Below, piece after piece: positions 7,677 through 14,928 of a stretch of 32,000 bases of DNA. The first letter of the stretch is position 1. Every line of letters begins with the position of its first letter. Source of the DNA: Kineococcus radiotolerans SRS30216 = ATCC BAA-149 (GTDB taxonomy: Bacteria > Actinomycetota > Actinomycetes > Actinomycetales > Kineococcaceae). Both the position numbers and the translations under genes were made by a program. Location of the stretch: positions 3,660,001 to 3,692,000 of the forward strand of contig NC_009664.2 in the NCBI RefSeq assembly GCF_000017305.1. The letters are read 5' to 3'. Below the pieces are notes generated by a model. It was not told the DNA's origin, did not search any database, and saw only the letters and a program-made list of their open reading frames with translations.

Positions 7677-8819
7677 GTGATCCTCAAGACCTACCGCTGG
7701 TCCTTCGTCGTGACGGCCCTGGGGCTGGTGCTCGCCGCCTGGTACGGGCTGTCGGCCCACCTGGGCATCGGGCAGGCGATCGCCCTCGTCCTGATCCTCT
7801 CGATCCTCGAGATCAGCCTCTCGTTCGACAACGCCGTGGTGAACGCGACCATCCTGGAACGGATGAGCGACTTCTGGCGGAAGATCTTCCTGTCCGTCGG
7901 CATCATCATCGCCGTCTTCGGCATGCGGCTGGTCTTCCCCATCGTGCTGGTCAGCGTGACCGCCGGGCTGGGGCCGATCGAGGTCATCCGCCTCGCCCTC
8001 GAGGGCGGTGACCCGGAGACCCCGGGCACGTACGGCTACGAGCTGCACGAGGCCCACCCCACCATCGCCTCCTTCGGCGGCATGTTCCTGCTCATGCTCT
8101 TCCTCAACTTCATCTTCGGGGAGAAGGAGCACCACTGGCTCGGGCCGATCGAGCGCGCCCTGGAGAAGGTCGGCAAGCTCGACTACGTCCAGGTCATCGT
8201 GGCCGGCGCCGTGCTCCTCGTGGTGGCCGAGACCTTCGCCACCGAGCACGGCCGGACCGTCCTGGCCTCGGGTCTGGCGGGCATCGTGACCTACCTGCTC
8301 GTCAACGGCCTCGGCGAGCTGTTCAACGTCGAGGACCACGTCGAGCACGAGGACCCCGCCACCACCTCGGCCGGCACCACGGCCTCCGGCGTCAACGGCC
8401 CCAGCGGGGCGGCCCGGGCCACCGGCAAGGCGGCGTTCTTCCTCTTCCTGTACCTCGAGGTCCTCGACGCCTCGTTCTCCTTCGACGGGGTCATCGGCGC
8501 CTTCGCCATCACCTCCGACCCGGTGATCATCGCCATCGGCCTCGGCGTCGGCGCCATGTACATCCGGTCGATGACCGTGCACCTGGTGGAGGAGGGCACC
8601 CTCGCCCAGTACCCCTACCTGGAGAACGGCGCCCTGTGGGCCATCGGCGCCCTCGCGGTGATCCTGCTGCTGAGCATCGAGGTGGAGATCCCCGAGGTCG
8701 TCACCGGCCTCATCGGGCTGGCCTTCATCGTGGCCTCGCTCATCAGCTCCATCCGGTACAACCGGGCCCACCCCGAGGAAGCCCACGTCGAGCAGCACCA
8801 CGCGGCGCAGCCGGGCTGA
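7677..8819 (+). CDS. TerC-superfamily integral membrane protein (DUF475-like)
   Basis: This is ORF 7677..8819 with a GTG start. It is polytopic, with two copies of the TerC-type motif (LEISLSFDNAVVNA and LEVLDASFSFDGVIGAF). The N-terminus MILKTYRWSFVVTALGL is typical of actinobacterial DUF475 proteins found next to terD. Confidence 0.88.
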   Translation: MILKTYRWSFVVTALGLVLAAWYGLSAHLGIGQAIALVLILSILEISLSFDNAVVNATILERMSDFWRKIFLSVGIIIAVFGMRLVFPIVLVSVTAGLGPIEVIRLALEGGDPETPGTYGYELHEAHPTIASFGGMFLLMLFLNFIFGEKEHHWLGPIERALEKVGKLDYVQVIVAGAVLLVVAETFATEHGRTVLASGLAGIVTYLLVNGLGELFNVEDHVEHEDPATTSAGTTASGVNGPSGAARATGKAAFFLFLYLEVLDASFSFDGVIGAFAITSDPVIIAIGLGVGAMYIRSMTVHLVEEGTLAQYPYLENGALWAIGALAVILLLSIEVEIPEVVTGLIGLAFIVASLISSIRYNRAHPEEAHVEQHHAAQPG

Positions 8820-8829
8820 TCCGCCGAGC

Positions 8830-8859
8830 GGGACGGAGCGGGGGCGGGGGGTCGGCGGG
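8830..8859 (+). other. Potential G-quadruplex motif in the TerC-like/TerD-like spacer
   Basis: GGG-ACGGAGC-GGGGG-C-GGGGGG-TCGGC-GGG has four G-runs of at least 3 with loops of 7 nt or less. Such motifs are frequent in genomes this GC-rich. Confidence 0.3.
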
Positions 8860-8878
8860 CTGAGCAGGAGGGCGAGCG

Positions 8879-9718
8879 GTGAGCGGCGGGACGAACGCGC
8901 GGCCGGCGGAGGAGGTCCACAACTTCCTCGGCCGGCCCGGGCCGCGGCGCAGCCGGCGCACGCTGGCCGACCACCTGCAGCCCCCCCGCCCCCGCCCGGT
9001 GGTCACCACCCCGGCCCCGCCCGCTCCGCCGCCCGCGGCGCGGGTCGCGCCCCCCGCCCCGGCGCGGGTCGCGGCCCCCGCCCCGGTCGTCGCCGTCGGG
9101 CAGGCCCGGGCCAGCGAGCGCCGGGTCGTCCTCGACGACGAGCGCCCCACCGCCACGATCCCCGCGGCCGAGCGGGCCTCGGGGACCCTGCGCATCACCC
9201 TGCGCTGGGAGCGGCAGGTCACCGCCGCCGGTCTGCACCGTTCCACCGACGTCCACCTCGGGTGCCTCTGGGAGACCCGGGACCGTCACGCGGGTGCGCT
9301 GCAGTCCCTGGGTGACCTGCTCGCCGCCCCCGGCTTCGGCGCCCGCCAGGTCCTGCGGCTGGGACCGCGCAGCGAGCAGGACGGCGAGGAGGTCCTCGCC
9401 GACGCCGCCCACCTGAGCCTGATGCGCCGGATGGTCCTGTACGTCTACGCCGTCGGGCCCAACCCCCCGGACTACCGGCGGCTGGCCCCGCACCTGACCC
9501 TCGCCCGCCGCGGCGGGGGCACCCTGCAGATGTGGGCGGGCGAGCCGCCCCCGGGGGCGCGCACCTGCGTCATCGCCTCCGTGCACGACGTCGGCGGCGA
9601 CCTCGTCGTCCGCCGCGAGGACGAGTTCCTCCCCGGGACCGCGCGCGACGTCGCGCTCGCGTACGGGTTCGACGACCTCGACTGGAACTCCGAGGGCACC
9701 GTCCCGCGTCCTTCCTGA
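8879..9718 (+). CDS. Degenerate TerD-like domain protein with a Pro/Ala-rich N-terminal extension
   Basis: This is ORF 8879..9718 with a GTG start. Residues from about 95 to 279 follow the TerD fold pattern (…LRITLRWER…DVHLGCLWE…VLRLGPRSEQDGEEVLADAAHL…MVLYVYAV…CVIASVHDVGGDLVVRREDEFL…ALAYGF). The [13 protein letters not shown] calcium motif is replaced by GPRSEQDGEE. Confidence 0.7.
   Translation: MSGGTNARPAEEVHNFLGRPGPRRSRRTLADHLQPPRPRPVVTTPAPPAPPPAARVAPPAPARVAAPAPVVAVGQARASERRVVLDDERPTATIPAAERASGTLRITLRWERQVTAAGLHRSTDVHLGCLWETRDRHAGALQSLGDLLAAPGFGARQVLRLGPRSEQDGEEVLADAAHLSLMRRMVLYVYAVGPNPPDYRRLAPHLTLARRGGGTLQMWAGEPPPGARTCVIASVHDVGGDLVVRREDEFLPGTARDVALAYGFDDLDWNSEGTVPRPS
9037..9084 (+). repeat. 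24-nt tandem repeat x2 (23/24 identical), in frame
   Basis: GGCGCGGGTCGCG[C/G]CCCCCGCCCC sits at 9037-9060 and 9061-9084 and encodes ARVAPPAP/ARVAAPAP in the disordered N-terminus of the TerD-like protein. Confidence 0.9.
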
Positions 9719-9752
9719 GCACACCCCATCCACCACGAGAGAGGGGCCCACC

Positions 9753-10331
9753 GTGGCCGTCAGTCTGAACAAGGGCCAGAAGCTGTCGCTGGAGAAGTCC
9801 GGCGGGGGCAGCCTCACCCGCGTCTTCATGGGCCTGGGCTGGGACGCCGTGGCCAAGGGCCTGTTCCGCAAGAAGGCCGTCGACATCGACCTCGACGCGA
9901 GCGTGCTGCTCTTCGACGCGCAGCGCCGGCTGGTCGACGAGGTGTGGTTCCAGCAGCTGCGCAGCAAGGACGGGTCCGTCGTCCACAGCGGCGACAACCT
10001 CACCGGCGAGGGGGAGGGCGACGACGAGGTCGTCCACATCGACCTGCCCGCGGTGCCGGCCCAGGTGCAGACCCTCGTCTTCACGGTGTCCAGCTTCACC
10101 GGCCAGGACTTCTCCCAGGTCCAGAACGCCGTCTGCCGCCTCGTCGACGCCGCCCAGCCGCAGCCGGTCGAGCTCGCCCGCTACGAGCTGTCCGACGCCG
10201 GACCGCACACCGCGCAGATCATGGCCAAGCTCACCCGCGAGGGCAGCGGCTGGGCCATGACGGCCATCGGCGCACCCGCCCAGGGCCGCCACATCCGCGA
10301 CCTCCGCGACGCCGTCGCCGCCCACGTCTGA
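9753..10331 (+). CDS. terD: TerD family stress protein (second canonical copy)
   Basis: This is ORF 9753..10331 with a GTG start after GAGAGAGGGG. The sequence reads MAVSLNKGQKLSLEK…GLGWD…VDIDLDASVLLFD…HSGDNLTGEGEGDDEVVHIDL…LVFTVSSF…WAMTAIG. Confidence 0.93.
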   Translation: MAVSLNKGQKLSLEKSGGGSLTRVFMGLGWDAVAKGLFRKKAVDIDLDASVLLFDAQRRLVDEVWFQQLRSKDGSVVHSGDNLTGEGEGDDEVVHIDLPAVPAQVQTLVFTVSSFTGQDFSQVQNAVCRLVDAAQPQPVELARYELSDAGPHTAQIMAKLTREGSGWAMTAIGAPAQGRHIRDLRDAVAAHV

Positions 10332-10346
10332 GCCGCTGAGCCCAGC

Positions 10347-11564
10347 GTGCGGCACTTCAGCACCCTCGACGCGGAGCGGGAGCGGGACCTCTTCCTCCAC
10401 CCCCCGCGACCGGTCGACGTCACCGCCGGGCGCGACGAGCTCGCCGTCGCGCTCGGCGCCACGCTGTACTGCCCCGCGACCCGCGAGCGCCTGGCGGGGG
10501 ACCTGCTGCGGCTGGCCCGCCGCGGGGTCCTCTCGGCCGTGGCGTGCCTGGAGGACTCCGTCCCCGACCACCGCGTCGCCGAGGCCGAGGAGATCCTCGT
10601 CCGCGAGCTCGCCGGCCTGGCCCGCACCCCCGAGTGGCGCGACGGGGCGCCCCTCATGCTCTTCGTGCGGGCCCGGACCCCGCAGCAGCTGCTGCGCGTC
10701 GTCGAGCGCAGCGGCGTCGGGCTGGACTGCCTGACGGGGTTCGTCGTCCCCAAGTTCGGGGGCGGCGGGCAGCCCTCCCCGGACGAGTGGCTGGAGGCGG
10801 TCAGCACCGCCTCCGAGCGGGCGGGGCGGCGGATGTGGGCCATGCCGGTCCTGGAGAGCCGCGACGTCGCGCACCTGGAGACCCGCCGCGAGGCGCTGTT
10901 CGCCATCCGCGACGTGCTCGACGCCCACCGCGAGGTCGTCCTCGCCGTGCGCACCGGGGCCACCGACCTCTCCGCCGCCTACGGGCTGCGCCGGCCCCGG
11001 GGGGCCACCGTGTGGGACGTCCGGGTCGTGGCCGACGTCCTCGGCGACGTCATCAACGTCCTGGGCCGCGCCGACGGCAGCGGCTACCCCATCACCGCCC
11101 CCGTGTGGGAGCACTTCTCCTCCGGGGAACGGGTCTTCCGCACCTCCCTGGCGGCCCGGCCGTTCGCGGAGTCCGGGTCGGTGGGCCTGCGCGAGCAGCT
11201 CATCACCGACGACCTCGACGGCCTCGTGCGCGAGCTCGTCCTCGACCGCGTCAACGGGTTGCAGGGCAAGACCGTCATCCACCCCTCCCACGTCGCCGTC
11301 GTCCACGCCACGTCGGTGGTCACGCACGAGGACTTCTGCGACGCCTCCGACGTCGTGGCCCAGCACGGGGGCGGGGCGATGGCCTCGACCTACCGGAACA
11401 AGATGAACGAGGCCGGCCCCCACCGGGTCTGGGCCGAGCGCGTCCTGGCCCGCGCCCGCGCCTTCGGAGTGGCCCGCGAGGACACCACCTACGTCCACCT
11501 GCTCCAGGCGCAGGACGACGCCTGGCGCGCCTTCACCCGCTCACCGGAAGGGGCCCGCGCGTGA
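10347..11564 (+). CDS. HpcH/HpaI aldolase / citrate-lyase-beta-like TIM-barrel C-C lyase (Ter-associated type)
   Basis: This is ORF 10347..11564 with a GTG start. Blocks typical of the Ter-linked HpcH/CitE-like family include GATLYCPATR, ACLEDSV, FVVPKF, AMPVLES, RTGATDLSAAYGLRR and GKTVIHPSHV. It lies directly downstream of terD and upstream of the PRTases, as in the published Ter neighbourhood. Confidence 0.8.
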   Translation: MRHFSTLDAERERDLFLHPPRPVDVTAGRDELAVALGATLYCPATRERLAGDLLRLARRGVLSAVACLEDSVPDHRVAEAEEILVRELAGLARTPEWRDGAPLMLFVRARTPQQLLRVVERSGVGLDCLTGFVVPKFGGGGQPSPDEWLEAVSTASERAGRRMWAMPVLESRDVAHLETRREALFAIRDVLDAHREVVLAVRTGATDLSAAYGLRRPRGATVWDVRVVADVLGDVINVLGRADGSGYPITAPVWEHFSSGERVFRTSLAARPFAESGSVGLREQLITDDLDGLVRELVLDRVNGLQGKTVIHPSHVAVVHATSVVTHEDFCDASDVVAQHGGGAMASTYRNKMNEAGPHRVWAERVLARARAFGVAREDTTYVHLLQAQDDAWRAFTRSPEGARA

Positions 11565-12943
11565 ACCGCGTCGTCCCGCACGCCCCCGCCCGCACCCGGT
11601 GGGTCGCCGAGCGGCTCGGCGTGCACCTGGACGGGCCCGCCGGCGCCGACGGCCTCACCGTCCACGACCTGCTCGGCCTCGCCCTGCGGCGCAACCCCCG
11701 GCGCGCGCACCTGCTGGTCAGCGAGGTCCTCGGCAAGCACGTGCCCACCGACCCGCGGCTGGTGCGGGCGGCCGGGGCGCGCCTGGGCGGTCTCGTCGCC
11801 GACGTCCTCGGGGTGCCCGACGCCCCCGGGCCCGACGCCGGCACCTGGCGGGCGGCGCTGGCCGGTGACGAGCTCGCCACCGCCGCGGTGGCCGCCGGCG
11901 TGCAGCGCGCCCCGGCCCGCCCCGACGCCCTCGTCGTCGGCTACGCCGAGACCGCCACCGGGCTCGGGCAGACCGTCGCCGACGCCCTCGGCTGCGCCGG
12001 GCTGCACTCCACCCGCCGCGCGGTGCCCGGCGCCCTCGACTACGCCGGTTTCGAGGAGGAGCACTCCCACGCCACCGGGCACCGGCTGCTGCCGCGCGAC
12101 CCCGCCGTCCTCGCCGCCCTCGCCGACCCGACCGCCCCGGTCGTCCTCGTCGACGACGAGCTCTCCACGGGACGCACCGTCGCGAACACCCTGCGGGCGC
12201 TGCACGCCCGCTCCCCGCACCGGCACTACGTGGTGGCCGGTCTGGTCGACGTGCGCGCCGAGGCCGACCGGGCCCGCCTCGACGGGCTCGGCGCGGAGCT
12301 GGGGGCCCGCGTGGACGTGGTCAGCCTGGCGCGCGGCGTCGTGGACCTGCCCCCCGACGTGCTCGCCCGCGGGGCGGACCTCGTCGCGGGGGTGGCTCCG
12401 GTCGTCCCCGCGGCGGGTGCTCCCGCCGACGCGGTGCCGGTGCGGGTGGACTGGCCGAGCGGGGTCCCCACCACCGCCCGCTTCGGCACCGCGCCCGCCC
12501 ACGCGGAGCTGCTCGCCGGCGCCGACCTCGTGCGGCACCTGCTGCCGGAGGTGCGCACCGACGCCGAGGTCCTCGTCCTGGCCTCCGAGGAGCTCCTGCA
12601 CGCCCCGCTGGCCGTGGCCTGCCAGCTCGCCGCCCGCCACCCCGGGCGGGTGCGGTTCTCCTCCACGACGCGCTCGCCGGTGCTGGCCGTCGACGACCCC
12701 GGGTACGCGGTGCGCAGCTCGGTGGCCTTCACCTCCCACGACCCGGCCGTGGACGGCCCGGGGACCCGCTACGCCCACAACGCGGCCCGCGAGGGGGGCT
12801 GGGACGCGATCGTCCTCGTCGTCGACTCCGCCTCCGCGCCCACCGCGCTGCACGCCCCGGACGGCGTCCTCGCGGCGCTGGCCCCGCTCGCGTCGCGGCT
12901 GCTGCTCGTCACCCTGCCCGCCGACACCTGGAGCCCCCGGTGA
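11561..12943 (+). CDS. Phosphoribosyltransferase (Ter-associated PRTase_2-type with a C-terminal TRSP-like domain)
   Basis: This is the tail of ORF 10544..12943. GTG at 11561 overlaps the upstream stop (GTGA). The PRPP-binding loop is VVLVDDELSTGRT. The N-terminal HLLVSEVLGKHVP and GYAETATGLG blocks are typical of this family. Confidence 0.82.
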   Translation: MNRVVPHAPARTRWVAERLGVHLDGPAGADGLTVHDLLGLALRRNPRRAHLLVSEVLGKHVPTDPRLVRAAGARLGGLVADVLGVPDAPGPDAGTWRAALAGDELATAAVAAGVQRAPARPDALVVGYAETATGLGQTVADALGCAGLHSTRRAVPGALDYAGFEEEHSHATGHRLLPRDPAVLAALADPTAPVVLVDDELSTGRTVANTLRALHARSPHRHYVVAGLVDVRAEADRARLDGLGAELGARVDVVSLARGVVDLPPDVLARGADLVAGVAPVVPAAGAPADAVPVRVDWPSGVPTTARFGTAPAHAELLAGADLVRHLLPEVRTDAEVLVLASEELLHAPLAVACQLAARHPGRVRFSSTTRSPVLAVDDPGYAVRSSVAFTSHDPAVDGPGTRYAHNAAREGGWDAIVLVVDSASAPTALHAPDGVLAALAPLASRLLLVTLPADTWSPR

Positions 12944-14097
12944 CCTCGTCCACGGAACTGCCCACGCCCCTGTCGGGCCCGCGGTTCTCCTCCTACCTGC
13001 CCGACGAGGTGAGCTGGCTGCTCAGCGACCTGTCCGGGGTGGAGCTGGAGGCCCCGGCCGAGGAGCGCGAGGAGGCCATCCAGAGCGGCGGGGCGCACTA
13101 CGCGGAGTCGCTGCCGGTGGAGTACCAGCCGAGCGCGGAGTACCAGCGGCTGTTCGCCGACGCCCTGGACCGCACGGCCCGCCGGGTGGCCCTCGGGGTG
13201 GGGGTGGTGGCCGAGCTGCTGCGGGCCGAGCGGGGGGAGGAGCTCCTGCTCGCGTCCCTGGCCCGGGCCGGGACCCCGGTGGGGATCCTGCTGCGCCGCT
13301 GGGGGCTGCGCGCCGGGCTGCACTGGCCGCACGTCGCGGTGTCCATCGTGCGCGGGCGCGGCATCGACGAGGTCGCGCTGCGCTGGATCGCCGCCCACCA
13401 CGACCCCTCCGCGGTCGTCTTCGTCGACGGCTGGACCGGCAAGGGGGCGATCGTGCGGGAGCTGTCCGCCGCGCTGGCCCGCTTCCCCGGCTTCAGCGAC
13501 GACCTCGCCGTGCTGGCCGACCCCGGCCACTGCGTGCGCACCTTCGGCACCCGCGAGGACTACCTCATCCCCTCGGCGTGCCTGAACTCCACGGTGTCGG
13601 GGCTGGTGAGCCGGACGGTCCTGAACGAGCGGCTGCTGGCCCCGGGCCGGTTCCACGGGGCGAAGTTCTACGCCGACCTCGCCCCCGTCGACGCGTCGAA
13701 CCGGTTCCTGGACGTGGTGAGCTCCTGGTTCGACGACGTCGCCCCGGAGGTCCCGGCGGCGGTGGCGGTGGTGCGCGCGCAGGACCGCACGGCCACCTTC
13801 ACCGGCTGGGCCGAGGTCGAGCGGGTCAGCGAGCACTACGACATCGGCGACGTGAACCTCGTCAAACCCGGGGTGGGGGAGACGACCCGGGTGCTGCTGC
13901 GCCGGGTCCCGTGGCGGGTCCTGGTGCGCCCGGAGGCGGAGCTGCGCCACCCCGACGACCTCGCCCACGTGCGGTTGCTGGCCGCGCAGCGCGGGGTGGT
14001 CGTGGAGGAGGTGCCGGGGCTGTCCTACTCCGCGATCGGGTTGATCCACCCGCGATTCACCCGGGGGGCGACCGGCGCCGACGGGCGGGCGGTGTGA
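12940..14097 (+). CDS. StiP-type protein (annotated in databases as cysteine protease StiP; PRTase_1 fold, probable C-terminal PELOTA-like domain)
   Basis: This is ORF 12940..14097; its GTG overlaps the upstream stop. N-terminal blocks SSYLPDEVSWLL, EEREEAIQSGGAHYAESLP, YQRLF, LARAGTPVGILL and VFVDGWTGKGAI match my memory of StiP-family proteins encoded in Ter clusters. Confidence 0.75.
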   Translation: MTSSTELPTPLSGPRFSSYLPDEVSWLLSDLSGVELEAPAEEREEAIQSGGAHYAESLPVEYQPSAEYQRLFADALDRTARRVALGVGVVAELLRAERGEELLLASLARAGTPVGILLRRWGLRAGLHWPHVAVSIVRGRGIDEVALRWIAAHHDPSAVVFVDGWTGKGAIVRELSAALARFPGFSDDLAVLADPGHCVRTFGTREDYLIPSACLNSTVSGLVSRTVLNERLLAPGRFHGAKFYADLAPVDASNRFLDVVSSWFDDVAPEVPAAVAVVRAQDRTATFTGWAEVERVSEHYDIGDVNLVKPGVGETTRVLLRRVPWRVLVRPEAELRHPDDLAHVRLLAAQRGVVVEEVPGLSYSAIGLIHPRFTRGATGADGRAV

Positions 14098-14921
14098 GCG
14101 GGGGGAACGGCCTGCTGGCCGCCAGCGACCTCGACCAGACGCTGGTGTTCTCCGCCCGCTCGGCCGGGGTGGACGTGGCCGGGCTCGTCGAGGTCGAGGA
14201 GTACGAGGGGCGGGTCATCTCCTACGTGACCCCCGCGGCGTGGGCGCTGCTCGGGGACCTGGTGGCGTCGGGGCGCTTCCTGCCCGTCACCACGCGGACC
14301 CCGGAGCAGTACGCGCGGATCCGCTGGCCGGGAGCTGCGCCGCGGTACGCGGTGTGCGCCAACGGCGGGGTGCTGCTGGTCGACGGCGCCCCGGACGCGG
14401 CGTGGGCGCAGGTGGTGCGGGACCGGTTGTCCGGCTGCGCCCCCCTGGCGCAGGTGCACGCGGAGCTGGCGCGGCTGGCCGGGGAGCTCGTCACCGCGGT
14501 CCCGGGCTCGGAGGACCCCGCGGTGCGCAGCGTCCCGGGGTTGTTCGGCTACCTCGTCCTGCGCGAGGGGCAGCGCCCGGAGCTGGAGGGGACCCGCCTC
14601 GGGGACCTCACCGTGCGGCTGGACGGCTGGGGCTACGCGGTGTCCCTGCAGGGCCGCAAGCTCTACGCCGTCCCGCGCCCGCTGACGAAGTCGGCGGCCG
14701 TCGCGGAGGTGGTGTCCCGTCGCGGCGCCACGGGCTTCGTCTCCGCCGGGGACTCGCTGCTCGACGTGGACCTGCTCGTCGCCGCCCGCGCGGCGCGCCG
14801 CCCCCGCCACGGGGAGCTGCTGCGGGCCGGCTGGGAGCACCCCGGGGTGGAGCTCACCGCCGCGACCGGCGCGGCGGCGGGGGAGGAGATCGCGCGCTGG
14901 CTGGCCGGCGCCGTCGGCTGA
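14094..14921 (+). CDS. HAD-superfamily phosphatase (Ter-associated)
   Basis: This is the tail of ORF 11865..14921. GTG at 14094 overlaps the upstream stop. HAD motif I is ASDLDQTLVF (DxDxT), motif II is PVTTRT, and motif IV-like is SAGDSLLDVDLL. Confidence 0.8.
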   Translation: MSGGNGLLAASDLDQTLVFSARSAGVDVAGLVEVEEYEGRVISYVTPAAWALLGDLVASGRFLPVTTRTPEQYARIRWPGAAPRYAVCANGGVLLVDGAPDAAWAQVVRDRLSGCAPLAQVHAELARLAGELVTAVPGSEDPAVRSVPGLFGYLVLREGQRPELEGTRLGDLTVRLDGWGYAVSLQGRKLYAVPRPLTKSAAVAEVVSRRGATGFVSAGDSLLDVDLLVAARAARRPRHGELLRAGWEHPGVELTAATGAAAGEEIARWLAGAVG

Positions 14922-14928
14922 CGCGCCC

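Noticed and set aside
7545-11498. Minus-strand ORFs 7545..8801, 8615..10099 and 9570..11498 lie opposite the TerC-like gene, the terD copies and the lyase.
   Set aside because: The reasoning is the same. They are antisense to genes with clear family signatures, are low-complexity, and have no plausible start context.
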